Origin: Octopus vulgaris
Lineage: Eukaryota
Assembly: GCA_951406725.2 (NCBI GenBank)
Contig: OX597815.1
Location: 164,734,001-164,798,000, forward strand
Direction of reading: 5' to 3'
DNA length: 64,000 bases
The notes beneath the pieces were generated by a model that worked only from the letters and a program-made list of their open reading frames with translations, had not been told where the DNA came from and made no database searches. Positions 28,601 through 39,715 of this stretch are shown here, in pieces; position 1 is the first letter of the stretch, and every line of letters starts with the position of its first letter. The position numbers and the translations under genes are program-made.

Positions 28601-29857
28601 TGGCAACACAAATCCTTACGCTATAATGATTGAAGAATGTTATGGTTAGTAGATTGTTTTCCATCAATTTATTTAGTTTTCTGTTGTGTTTACTCTAGTT
28701 CTATTGATTATGATGATGAAATTATATAAGACAAATGGCTTTATCAAATAACTTGAATCAATCAGACTTAACAAACTCAGCATGTTGAATTAGCATAAGT
28801 GCAATTTAAATGTAGAGATTAATTAAGAGCTAGTAAGTTAGAGGAAATTATTAAGAATGAGAAATGAAGAAGAAAATTTATTTAGTGTGATTACACTGTG
28901 TAACAGGATTTTTTTCCTTGGGTAGCAACAGTTTCCTATTTGCTTACCCCTAGAAAGTATGAAAAATGACTAATATTTTCTTTAAACTTTGCTTTTGTTA
29001 CATTTATTCAAACCCCATGTTTCTCCACTGCTCATGATCAGAGATGCACATATTGTTAGCCACTGTGAGACATACTCAAGTGGTTATGGTCAAGCAACTG
29101 ACAAGTAAATCTGTGGTATTGAGCAGAACATTTGTTATGATGATATTTCTGCTTCAGCAACTCAACACTGAATCTGTCTGAAATGTAATGGAAAATTAGG
29201 TCAGTTTGAAAACATCGATGTCCAGGTCACAAAAGCAAAGTTTGAAGGGAATAGTAATCATTTCCTTTGATTTCTAGATAGAAGCAAACAGGAAATAACA
29301 CTCACTGACTAAAGACAGAAAAAAAATATGTTATTCAGTGTTATTGAGTTGTTGAATGAAAACTTTTGTAATGAAAGAAAAAAAACAAAGTGAGAGAAAA
29401 AAACCTATAAAGATGCTAAAGAAAATTGAAGTGCATCAGTAATACTCTTCAAAAGCATATAAACTTATTAAAACAATCTGAGCAAGATAATATGACGAAT
29501 CTGGATAGAAATTGCGCAAACATTGTAGCCATTTGTTAATTTATGTGCCTTGAGAATCAATGTGCGTAAATACATGTATCATTGGTTTACAACCTTGTCA
29601 GAATATGTTAGATGTAACTTTATAATTCATAATTTGTTTTCGATTTGACTTTTTCATTTTCTCTAGGTCTGGACAAGATCGAATTTCTGCAAAGTCATGA
29701 AAACCGAGAGATTTATCAAAAAGCTTTTGGTATAATTGAACGCTACTTTGGCACTGAAGAAGAGGATAAAGGTATTGTTCCTGCAACTGATGAAAATGCT
29801 CAGCAATTCCAATTTATTGCTGGTCAGGATGTACCAATGGATGGATTTCAATTCTGA
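1741..29857 (+). CDS. KPNA6: Importin subunit alpha, alpha1 clade (KPNA1/5/6-like), 13 coding exons, 530 aa
   Basis: join(1741..1872,10981..11067,13111..13207,14730..14821,16745..16876,17594..17682,18834..18933,20504..20667,22231..22309,24478..24603,25486..25613,28469..28644,29667..29857) = 1593 nt, open frame, all introns GT..AG. IBB domain ([26 protein letters not shown]), ARM repeats ([37 protein letters not shown]) and C-terminal [13 protein letters not shown]...GFQF. The symbol marks the clade; an invertebrate copy is co-orthologous to KPNA1/5/6. Confidence 0.95.
2363..2567. mobile_element. piggyBac-like MITE, family 1
   Basis: ttaa|CCCTTTAGCAT...ATGCTAAAGAG|ttaa. Related copies near 777-985, 12815-13025, 20264-20439 (inverted) and 35157-35346 (inverted). 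Confidence 0.8.
2800..5890 (-). mobile_element. degenerate Helitron Rep/Helicase, antisense in importin-alpha intron 1
   Basis: Collinear broken ORFs: N-terminus [10 protein letters not shown], Zn motif [23 protein letters not shown], Rep HUH-region [19 protein letters not shown]1-like helicase [29 protein letters not shown] and [27 protein letters not shown]. Many stops and frameshifts; termini not resolved. Confidence 0.92.
6420..7545 (+). mobile_element. tRNA-derived SINE family B interrupted by an RTE 3' fragment
   Basis: Head GTGGCTGTGTGGTAAG..GTCCCACTGCGTGGCACC, internal (TA)n, 3' half ...CCAGCATGGCC.CAGTCAAATGACTGAAAC. Other copies at 22461-22852, 35468-35737, 38260-38637 (-) and 45200-45700. 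Confidence 0.8.
6632..7329 (+). mobile_element. young 5'-truncated RTE LINE 3' end with internal tandem repeats and (GAT)n tail
   Basis: Ends ...CAACCCATGCTAGCATGGAAAGCGGACGTTAAAT(GAT)n, the same tail that follows the RTE ORF at 62950-63113. Contains 3x 33-bp repeats (6726-6820) and about 62-bp repeats (6989-7150). Confidence 0.8.
8234..8569. repeat. 336-bp foldback palindrome (probable MITE)
   Basis: Arms of about 167 bp are reverse-complementary around 8401/8402 with a 2-nt loop; about 18 mismatches by manual alignment. Confidence 0.95.
9824..10056 (+). mobile_element. tRNA-derived SINE family A with 19-bp TSD
   Basis: GGCAGCGAGCTGGCAGAAACGTTAGC...GTTCAAATTCC...CTTTCATCCTTTC.GGGTCGATAAATTAAGTACCAG, flanked by direct repeat AGAAATATTTTCTCATAAA (9805-9823 and 10057-10075). 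Confidence 0.9.
10981..11067 (+). CDS. KPNA6: importin-alpha coding exon 2
   Basis: ttattag|TTGTTC...TTCACT|gtaagt; [29 protein letters not shown]. Confidence 0.92.
11260..11720 (-). mobile_element. degenerate CR1/L2-like LINE 3' ORF fragment
   Basis: GC-richer island; minus-strand [15 protein letters not shown] resembles the C-terminal LSLFYKYYHG.CS motif of CR1-group LINEs. Confidence 0.45.
13111..13207 (+). CDS. KPNA6: importin-alpha coding exon 3
   Basis: tgtag|GGTGGT...AAAG|gtgatt; [32 protein letters not shown]. Confidence 0.9.
14730..14821 (+). CDS. KPNA6: importin-alpha coding exon 4
   Basis: ttttag|AACCT...TTACAG|gtaaag; [31 protein letters not shown]. Confidence 0.94.
15890..16337 (-). 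mobile_element. degenerate RTE LINE ORF 3' part
   Basis: Minus strand reads [41 protein letters not shown], typical of the RTE C-terminus. Confidence 0.7.
16745..16876 (+). CDS. KPNA6: importin-alpha coding exon 5
   Basis: tttcag|TTTGAA...GAACAG|gtcatt; [44 protein letters not shown]. Confidence 0.95.
17176..17396. mobile_element. piggyBac-like MITE, family 2
   Basis: ttaa|CCTTTTCGTTAC...GTAATGAAAGGG|ttaa; closely similar copy at 57797-58017. Confidence 0.85.
17594..17682 (+). CDS. KPNA6: importin-alpha coding exon 6
   Basis: tctcag|GCTGTG...TTACA|gtgagc; [29 protein letters not shown]. Confidence 0.95.
18834..18933 (+). CDS. KPNA6: importin-alpha coding exon 7
   Basis: ctttag|GTTGCTT...GCAAAG|gtaaac; [33 protein letters not shown]. 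Confidence 0.95.
20504..20667 (+). CDS. KPNA6: importin-alpha coding exon 8
   Basis: tttcag|GTTTCT...TTAGT|gtaagt; [54 protein letters not shown]. Confidence 0.95.
20746..22058. mobile_element. Tc1/pogo-like non-autonomous DNA transposon in intron 8
   Basis: ta|CTATAAAAACCCATGTAA ... TTACATGGGTTTTTACGG|ta terminal inverted repeats with TA TSD; no intact transposase. Confidence 0.7.
22231..22309 (+). CDS. KPNA6: importin-alpha coding exon 9
   Basis: ttctag|AAATTCC...ACACAG|gtgatt; [26 protein letters not shown]. Confidence 0.94.
24478..24603 (+). CDS. KPNA6: importin-alpha coding exon 10
   Basis: tcccag|GTTATT...ATACAG|gtaata; [42 protein letters not shown]. Confidence 0.95.
25486..25613 (+). 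CDS. KPNA6: importin-alpha coding exon 11
   Basis: ttctag|GCTGTG...ATTCG|gtatga; [42 protein letters not shown]. Confidence 0.95.
25733..26946 (+). mobile_element. near full-length degenerate mariner transposon in intron 11
   Basis: TA TSD; TIRs TCAGGTTGAGTAAAAAGTAAGCAAC / GTTGCATACTTTTTACTCAGCTTGG. Broken transposase with [31 protein letters not shown] and [19 protein letters not shown]. Confidence 0.92.
27953..28180 (-). mobile_element. SINE family A
   Basis: Reverse complement of the 9824 element; TSD CATTCTATAGTT on both sides. Confidence 0.85.
28469..28644 (+). CDS. KPNA6: importin-alpha coding exon 12
   Basis: tcatag|ATTTCTT...TATG|gttagt; [58 protein letters not shown]. Confidence 0.95.
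28974..29253. mobile_element. MITE with about 25-bp TIRs in intron 12
   Basis: TATTTTCTTTAAACTTTGCTTTTGT ... ACAAAAGCAAAGTTTGAAGGGAATA. Confidence 0.7.
29667..29857 (+). CDS. KPNA6: importin-alpha coding exon 13 (stop TGA)
   Basis: ctctag|GTCTGGAC...TTCTGA; [29 protein letters not shown]...MDGFQF*. Confidence 0.95.
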
Positions 29858-32800
29858 ACCAGTTTTCTACACTGGTATCAAATGCCAGTTTAAGCAGTGC
29901 TCATAAGTATAACGGTCTATATTTTCTATTTGGGCTGTTTTATTGTGCTAGAGGCAGACTTGTCATGGTCTGCAAATTCTCTTTACTGCCAATTTAATAG
30001 GACTATTAAAGACATAACTGTACTGATGACATTGACTCTAGTACTTGACTACTACTGTTCCCCTCCAAGATAACAGTGAGCAATTAAAATGACATCGTAA
30101 AATATCAGCTATTCTTAACTGATGACTGTGGACCGCTTTCCACCACTTCAAACACAACATACAATGCAAATTGACTGTGATGACACCGAGACATCAGACA
30201 ACAATAACTACTGCTGTCTAGCAGGCACAGCATAAGCAGTAAATTTGTCCAATGTCCTGATACACAAGGCCCTGACATCTACAAAGACTTACTTGTCACT
30301 CACTCAGGTTTTAGTGAGATAACAAACAAGTGGTCTACCACTCAGTAGGTTACTACCAAGTTACCTGCACAACCAATTCTAATCACCCCAATGAAATATG
30401 AATTATGTGACTAAGAAAGACGAGACTTCAGAGGTTTGGTGTTTATTCTATGGGCGGCTACACAATCCCACAAAATTATTCAGATGAATTGATTTTTTTT
30501 ATCTCTCTGGGGAAGATTTCTAATGTATTTAAAATATTTCTTATTATTTAAATTTTATTTTAAAAATGAATAACAGATAATTTTCCTTGAAATATTTTTT
30601 ACATTTTTTTTTTTAACCTTCAGGATAAAAACTATCATTTTAAGATTTTTTGTTTTGCTTTTTTTATTTAAAGATTGCCATTCAAAATTCATCTCCTATT
30701 TCATTAGGTTGCATATAAAATGAAATTTCTTTGACAGTCATATAAAACTGAAGAAAAGGGATTGATTGATGCTTCATAAAATAAGTACCAAGCCAAACCA
30801 AAACAAACGATCTTGTTTTACATTTACCTGTGCACAACACATGCTCTGTCCAAAACAGATTCTTATGATTGATTATTATAATAAGCAATACTGAGAATAA
30901 AAATCAAGTTACACAATTCAGACAAAACTGCTTATCATGCTATTAAAATTCCCAGAATATGAAAAATGTATGAAAAAAAAAGCATTTAAAAGCAAACAGA
31001 ATTGACGATGATGACGCAAGACAATATGGACTGGTTTAAAATAAAATAAAAATAGTCTTTTCTTTTTATTTGGCTTCAATTTGTTTTTTTTTCTTTTTAG
31101 TCTTACAGTTAAAAATGTTGTTCTTTTTTTTTTTCCTTATAGTAATCTTCAGATTTCATTCTGCATTTGGATGAATGGGTGAGATGCTTTTTGACTTATA
31201 GATAATCCTTATACAAATGCAAAAACTGCCACTTGATGTGAAGATTCCACAAGTTTGGCTAAAGACTGCTATTGTAAAAAGAGATACGAGGAATTTAGTT
31301 CTCAACATGACTTGCTTTGACTATACTTTCCCCTATCACAATTTCTGTAATCATAAAAAAAAAAACCATTTGCTCAAAATATTTACTTCCATGTGTATAG
31401 TTACATGGAATTAAATCTGAGTTTGTGTGTGTGTGTATGTGTACATATATGTATGCATGTGTGTGTGTATAAGTGTACCATCATTTGAATGTCCTCTTAT
31501 CCATGCTTGTATGGGCCAAACAAAACTTGTTGAGGTAAATTTTTCTTTGGCCCAATGCTGTACCTGTTGCTAGTGCTCACCTGTTTTGAAGTAAGATTGG
31601 TGTGTGTGTGTAAAAACCATATAGGTATAAGTGATTAAGAAGTTTGTTTCACAACAGTGAGGTTACTGGTTTGATCCCACTGTGTGATATCTTGGGCAGG
31701 TATCTTTACCTTCATCTCATGTTAACACAAGCCCTGAGTGAAGCTGGACTCAGAGAAGCCAGTTGGATTTATCATACTTGTAATTCGAAGGTCAAGTCTT
31801 ATCACACTGTGTTACACTGACTCAAACTGAGAGTAACCTTAAGGGTACATGTATCTGTGGAGTACTCAACCACCTCACATGCTAATTCAAGAGTTGAAAT
31901 CACAGAAAAGGTCTCTGTGTGTGTCTGCATACATGGATGTATGTGCATATGCATGTCTATTCATTGTTCTTATTAGAATTTTTCCTGCAAGGAAGGATAT
32001 GGTTTCTTACAAAAGAACAAACTGGAATTTAAATAACAACGATAGTGTGTATGTTCTTATGTGTGTATATATGTATATATATATATGTGTGTGTGTGTGT
32101 GTAGCGCGCCGGGCGAAATGCTTAGCAGTATTTCGTCTGTCATTACGTTCTGAGTTCAAATTCCGCCGAGGTTGACTTTGCCTTTCATCCTTTCGGGGTC
32201 AATAAATAAAGTACCAGTTACGCACTGGGTCGATGTAATCGACTTAATCCCTTTGTTTGTCCCCTCTGTGTTTAGCCCCTCGTGGGCAATAAAGATATAT
32301 ATATATATATATATATATATAATGTGTATGTACATTTGCATGCATGTAGATATATGTGTGTATGTGTGCTAAGTTTGTATGTTTGTAGTAGATAGGATCT
32401 GAAAATTCGTGCCATAAAACTCATATTTACTCCCATTCATTCTCCGCTTCATGCAAACACATCTGCAGAATTTTCAAAAAAAGATTAAAAAGGGAAAAAG
32501 AAGAAAAAAAAAGTCCTTGACTCACACCATTGTTACTTGAGATTTATTTATTTATTCATAGTTATTTCTGAATGTGTGTTAAAATGCATATATACACATA
32601 TGCTTACATACATGCTGTTACATGTATACACTACAGCATTTGCTCTGTTCTACTGCTGATCTAATGTGTTGATATTGGCTTGAAAATACATTTAAAGCCT
32701 TCTTAATGCCTGAACTCTGAACTTAGCAACTTGAACACCATGCCAGTTGCCTATCAAAATAATGCATTTTAAATTGCAGTGTTTGGGGAGGGGGGTTATG

Positions 32801-32967
32801 ATAAGAAAACTTGAAAATTAATTTGTATTAATTGGAGTGGTATTCATAATTAATTTATATTTTTTACTTTTTTTTTCCTACGATACATTTTTTTTTTTTC
32901 ATGGCTATAACCTTTTCATGTTTAATTTAGCTGAGTAATTATATTTCAAATTAGGACATGCAATTAA

Positions 32968-32989
32968 AATAAATTTATAAGTAAATAAA
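32968..32989 (+). terminator. candidate distal polyadenylation signals of importin-alpha (about 3.1 kb 3' UTR)
   Basis: Two AATAAA (32968, 32984) followed by a T-rich tract near 33020-33040. A proximal AATAAA lies at 30896. AATAAA is common in this AT-rich DNA, so the call is weak. Confidence 0.35.
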
Positions 32990-33257
32990 AAGTACATGTA
33001 TTTTGAATATGGTTTATTTTAATTTTTTTTTTTTTTTTGTCATAATACTCTAATTCCTATTGTATTTTTCTTTTGAGTGGTTTTCACACAAACATGGGAA
33101 AAAGTATTTTTAATTCTTGCAGAGAATTGTATGTGTTTGACATGGTTACCAATTTAAGATGAGAACTATTCTTTTTGAAAGTGTTGTTGGTGATGTTCAA
33201 TAAGTAAACCAGGTTGGTAATTAACTTATTTTTCGTTGAAGATATTATATAAAATTG

Positions 33258-33450
33258 ATGGAAGATGGGTTTGGTATGAATCTTTATTCAACTCAACAGT
33301 CATGTCGACCCATCCTGCTGCTGTCCTTCACAGGTGGAATATTGTGTTGTACAACTAGATGCTCAATATCTTACCTGAAAGGAACATCTGCAGGATGGGT
33401 TGAAATGATCATTGCGTTGAATGAAGATTCATACCAAATCCATCTTCCAT
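33258..33450. repeat. about 190-bp imperfect foldback hairpin
   Basis: ATGGAAGATGGGTTTGGTATGAATCT...AATATTG pairs with CAATAT...AGATTCATACCAAATCCATCTTCCAT; loop about 19 nt. Confidence 0.85.
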
Positions 33451-36400
33451 TTCTTTTATCAATTATAAACCAAATAAACACTGTGGAATTCCTGACATAG
33501 ATCCTGTGAAAATAATACCATAACTGGATGACATCAGGCAGCCCAAATGGTGAATGTGCTTTAATTGGCATACTAATAGGCTTGTACCAAAAGTTCAAAT
33601 TATATATATATATATATGTATGTATATAGATAGATGGTTGGCCAAAAGTCACCTGACAGTAAATCAAAACCATTTAATTCCAAGATTTATTTATGTTTAA
33701 CAACTGAATGAATTTAATAAAAGCATCTAAATATGAAACATGAAAATTGTTCAAACTGAAGTCCTTCTTGAACAAAACATTTTCCTACATTCAAGTCAGT
33801 ACAGTATTACAGATAGTATTTATGGAATTTTGATTTACTTATGGCCAACCCTGTTTATAGCAAGAGTATTCGGAGGCACTGGTTTGTGCATGCAAACCTC
33901 AGTCGAAGAAAGTTTACAAAATGAAATATGCTCCTTTGCTCAAGGAAGTGGTTTATATTGTTTCAGGCTGGACTTTTTATCAAAGTAGTCTTTTCTTTTC
34001 TGTTAGAAGACTAAATAACATTGAAGAAAAAGGAAAAGAAAATGTTGGGATAGAGGAATATGGTGAGAGCATGTTGGTGAAATTATGAGATAGAAAATTT
34101 AGAAGTTTATATAGATTTGCAAGTAGTCTACAACCAAATGGTTTATTCTGGATTTTTATTGATTTTTATTTTTTTTAAAATAATACATGATTTTAGATAA
34201 TGCACTAAAACTAATGAGACCCAGCTAGCTGAGAGTTAAATCAAGTTCACCGTCCTCTTGAGTTAACATGTTAACCTCACATGTTGCCTACAGAGAGTTA
34301 GAACCCCAAAATTATTTTAAGGCTATTCGAGTATGATCGTTACAAGCGTTGCCTTACTGGCACTTATGCCTGTGTAGTAGGGTGCCAAGAGCACCATCCG
34401 AGCGTGATCGTTGCCAAAGCAGCCAACTGGCTTCCATACCCGTGGCACGTAAAAGGGCACCATTCGAGCATGATCGTTACCAACATCGCTTCACTGGCAT
34501 GTGTAAAAAGATTCGAGTGAGGCCGTTGCCAGTGCCGGTGGCACGTAAAGAGCACCCACTACACTCTCAGAGTGGTTGGCATTAAGAAGGGCATCCAGCT
34601 GTAGAAACTCTGCCAGATCAAGATTGGAGCCTGTTGCAGCCATCAGGCTAGCATGGAAAGCGGACGTTAAACGATGATGATGATGTAACAAATTTGACTG
34701 CAGCCATCCGCCTTTAATCGAGCAAATCGACCCCAGGACTTATTCTTTGGAAGCCTAGTACTTATTCTATATTATTCTATATTTATTAAACTGCTAAGTT
34801 ACGGGGACGTAAACACACCAGCATCAGGTTACTTCAATTTCCGTCTACCAAATCCACTCACAAGGCTTTGGTCAGCCCAAGGCTATAGTAGAAGACACTT
34901 GCTCAAGGTGCCATGCAGTGGGACTGAACCCGGAACCATGAAGATATATATATAAACAAGAGATTTGTGAATTATATTATGCATTCCTTACTTGTTAGAC
35001 AAACAGTGTTATTTGTATGCAACAATGGCTTTATGAACTTTCTGTGTGATAAGTTTATCTGTTATACTGAACTGTCATCTCTAACTTTGTTTTCAAAAAA
35101 AGGTTAGCAGAAGAAGCAAAGGCTGCAATAAAAAAAATAATAAATTTCAATCTTAACCCTTTAGCATTTAAACCAGCCAGATCTGGCCTCTTACACCCAC
35201 CGTACAATGTCATTGTAAAAATATCCACATCACTGAAATCTTGAAAATACAAGATAATGTATGGTTAATACAAAACAATCATTAGCATTTAATTTCTGTT
35301 TTCCATGCTGGCATGGGTTGACAGAATAAATCTGAATGCTAAAGGGTTAAATTTCTCTAAGTTTGGAAAATAAACAGCTTCAATACAGTCCAAAATAGGT
35401 TCATTATTTAGCATTTTTGCAACCATATTTCTTAATTCACTTGATTCAAATAATGAGTAATTTAGTGGCAGGAGTGGCTGAGAGGTAAGTAGCTTGCTTA
35501 CTAACCACATGGTTCCAGGTTCAGTCCCACTGCATGGCACCTTGAGCAAGTGTCTTCTACTATAGCCTCGGGCTGACCAAAGCCTTGTGAGTGGATTTGG
35601 TAGACGGAAACTGAAGAAACCCGATTCTGGTGTGTTTACATCCCCGTAATTTAGCAGTAGTCCTGGGGTCGATATGCTCGATTAAAGGCGGTGCTCCAGC
35701 ATGGCCGCAGTCAAATGACTGAAACGAGTAAAAGAGTAAGATGAGAGTATTATTTAGCTGGTGTTTGAAACAGATTGACATGGATTTTTGAGGAGAAGGT
35801 TTCAATTTTTGACCACTTTAAAACTGTAAATTTATATCATAGAACCTTAGGTAGTCTCAAGTGGGTTGATATCAAAAGGATTACTGGAAGTGGCTAGCTC
35901 ACTGCATTTCATCCTCACAAAGGAAGTAAAATACTAAACTAAATGAGAAGTATTTACGCTATCTTTTATCATGCTGGGTCAACATCTTGAAAGGTTTTAG
36001 TCAAATAAATCAACTCTAGGACTTTTTTTTTAAAAGCCTTGTACTTACTTACTCTATTGGCTTCTTTTGCTGAATTGCTAAAGTTATTGGGACATAAACA
36101 CACCAACACCGGTTGTTAAGTGGTGGTGGGGTTCAAACATGCTCACACATATATATATATATATGGAGATGACAGGGGACCTAGACTCTTGGTGGTTTGC
36201 TGTGCTTGAGAAAGCATGTCAAGCTAAGTGAAAGCGTTGTCCTTCTGCCCTGCATTCCTAATCTTGCAGGCTGATGGGTGTTGGTGCCACGTAAAATGCA
36301 GCCATGCCAGTGCCACATAAACACACCTGTGCCAGTGCTGCGTAAAAGCACCCAATACAGTCTGTAAAGTAGTTGGCATTAGAAAGGGCTTCCAGTTGTA

Positions 36401-36665
36401 GAAACCGTGCCGAAAAAAAAAAAAAGGAACCAGGGCAGCTTTTCAGCTGGCCACCTCCTGTCAATTCCAACCCATAGCAGCATGGAAAACAGACATCAAA
36501 TAATGATGGTGATGGTACACATGTTTGACTTCTTTCAGTTTCCATCTACCAAATCCATTCACAAGGCTTTTGGCTGGCTTGAGGATATAGTAGAAGACAC
36601 TCTCCCAAGGTGCCTTGCTGTGGGACTGAACCTGGAACATGTGGTTGGGAAGCGAACTTCTTATT

Positions 36666-37052
36666 TCTTTATTGCCCACAAGGGGCTAAACATAGAGGGG
36701 ACAAACAAGGACAGACAAAGGGATTAAGTTGATTACATCAACCCCAGTGCAAAACTGGTAGTTAATTTATCGACCCTGAAAGCATGAAAGGCAAAGTTGA
36801 CCTCAGCGGAATTTGAACTCAGAACGTAGCGACAGACGAAATACCTATTTCTATTTCTTTACTACCCACAAGGTGCTAAACACAGAGAGGACAAACAAGG
36901 ACAGATACACGGATTAAGTCGATTATATCGACCCCGAAAGGATGAAAAGCAAAGTCAACCTCGGCGGAATTTGAACTCAAGACGCAGCGGCAGACGAAAT
37001 ACCGATAAGCATTTCGCCCGGCGTGCTAGCATTTCTGCCAGCTCGCCACCTT
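36666..37052 (-). mobile_element. dimeric SINE family A inserted into a SINE family B copy
   Basis: Two tandem SINE-A bodies; flanking direct repeat ACTTCTTATT. Confidence 0.8.
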
Positions 37053-39387
37053 ACTTCTTATTGCAAGTAAGCTTCTTACAACACAGCCACCCCTATGCAA
37101 ATTTCTGAGACTTGGGAGTTTTTCCACACTATAATTTTCCAGAAGGGAGTGGAAATTGTAATTTACATTATCTTCATCATCATCATAATTTTAACATCCA
37201 CTTTTCTATGCTTGCAGTAAAACACTTCCAAGGTGAAGAGCAAACAACTGAAGAATTGTAATTTCAATATTGTTATGTCTCCTTCAGTTACTGTGTACTC
37301 ATAATCATTGATGCTCTCTTTGTACGTTTTTCTTATAAGTTTGTGTATGTCATAGAAAGAAGTGGGTTTTGGCCATTTGGATAGAGTCCAGTTAATATTT
37401 TTTTCTATTCTAGGCACAAGGCCTGAAATTTGGGGGGAGGTAGTCAATTGATTAGATTGACCTCAGTATGCCACTGGTATTTAATTTATCAACACCGAAA
37501 GGATGAAAGGCAAAGTCAACCTCAGTGGAATTTGAACTCACACCGTAAAGACAGATGAAATACTGATAAGCATTTCGCCCAGCATGCTAGCATTTCTGCC
37601 AGCTCACTGCCTTAAAGTCCAGTTAATATTCAAAATAATTCAGTAAGTGAAAGGCATAGTTAATGCTTATAACATTAAAAACCCAATGTATAATCTTATA
37701 AGCAAGTATAGCAACATTTCATCCTTCTCACGTTTTGAGTTCAATTTCCGCCAAGGTTAACTTTGCCTTCCATCTTTTAGGGGGTCAGTAAAATAAGTAC
37801 CAGTTATCAACTGAGGTTGATGTAATCGACTTAATCCCTCCCCCAAAACTGTTGACCATGTACCAAAAATTGAAATTTATAATCATATACACACACACGT
37901 GTGTATATATCTGTGTTAGTCGCTATGCTGGTGTGTTTGTGTCCCCGTAACTTAGCAGTTCGGCCAAAGAGACTGATAGGATAAGTACTAGGCTTACAAA
38001 GAATAAGTCCTGGGATCGATTTCTTAGACTGAAAAAGCCCTTTAAGGTGGTGTTCCAGCAAATGACTGAAACAAATAAAAGATTATAAATATGAGTGGGT
38101 GTGTACATGTACATGGTTGTATTAATATTGGTATACAAGGAATATATATATATGTTGATGAATATATGTAGGAGTGAAGGTATTTGTAATTATTGGTATA
38201 AAGAGATTCTATGGTCTCACGGGGAGGGGTGTAGTAATACAAGCAATCTTAGTATTCTTTTGTTTCAGTCATTTGGCTGTGGTGGCCATGCTGGAGCGCT
38301 GCATTAAAGTGTTTTAGTCAAAGAAAATCAACCCCATGACTTATTCTTTGTAAGCCTAGTATTTATTTTATCAGTCTCATTTGCCAAACCGATGTTATGG
38401 GGGCATAAACACATTAGCATCAGTTGTCAAGTGATGACGGAGGGTGGGTACAAACACACAGACATACACACACTTGATGGGCTTTTTTCAGTTTCCATCT
38501 ACCAAATCCGCTCACAAGGCTTTGGTCAGCCCGAGGCTATAGCAGAAGACACTTGTCCAAGGTACCACACAGTGGGACTGAACCCAGAACCATGTGGTTG
38601 AGAAAGAAGCTTCTTTCCACACAGCCATGCATGCACCTATGCTATAATAAATATGTATTTGATAGTGTGGCAGTATATAAATACTAACAAATAAATGTTC
38701 AGGTCTGGTTATGTTTTCCTCTTAAGAAATGTATAAGTAGCTTTATCCAAGATTATGTATTCCCATCTAAGTAGATCATAACTGATCTTGGCATCATGTT
38801 GAACAGGGTTACAAATCTTTTCGAAGATAAAAGTGCAAATAATATTCAGAAGTCATTGATATCAACATCATTGTTTTAACGTCCACTTTTCCATGCTTAT
38901 TATGGGTCAGAGGAAGCTTCATAGAAGCAGGTTTTCTTAGCGCTGCGTGACCTTCCTTTCAATCCTTGTCTGTTTCCAAGCAAGATAAAGATTTCTCTCT
39001 GACCAGGTATGTTTTCATGGAAGATTGGAATCAAACGATGCTATTTGCATGACAGTGAGGCTTGTTTACGACTATCACGTGATGTCAAGACAAGGACACA
39101 CACACACACACACATATACATGATGGACACCTTTCAGTTTTCAGCTATCAGATCCACTCACAATACTTTGTTCAGCCCTAAGGTTACAGTAGAAGACAGC
39201 TAAGGTACCATACTGTGAGGTTGAACCTGGAACCATGTCATTGGGAGGCAAGCATCTTAATCACACAACCATGTTTACAATGATCCATACATTGAAGAAA
39301 CAAAATGATACTTCATAATAGTTATTTCACCTAAATTTAGTTATTTTATTTTACACAATTGTTACAATGTATATATAATTACATAAA

Positions 39388-39715
39388 GGTGCATGGCTCA
39401 GTGGTGAGAGCATCAGGCTCACAATCATGAGGTAGTGAGTTCAAATCCTGGACCAGACTGCTTGTTGTATTCTTGAGCAACACACTTTATTTCACCTTGC
39501 TCCTGTTCACTCAGCTGTAGAAATGAGTTATGACATCACTGGTGCCATGTTGTATCAGTCTTTGTCTTTCCCTTGGATAACATCAATTGTTGTATGGAGA
39601 GGGGAGGCTGGTATGCATGGGTGTCTTCTGGTCTTTTATAAACAACTTTGCCTGGACTTGTGCCTCGGTGGGAAACTTTCAAGGTGCGATCCCATGGTCA
39701 TTTATGACTGAAGAC
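39388..39715 (+). mobile_element. tRNA-derived SINE family C
   Basis: A box TGGCTCAGTGG and B box GTTCAAATCC, followed by a CORE-like TTGAGCAA..CACTTTAT..CACTCAGCTGTAGAAATGAG body. Confidence 0.7.

Noticed and set aside
39388-39465. tRNA gene
   Set aside because: A and B boxes are present but there is no proper acceptor stem and it continues into a SINE body.
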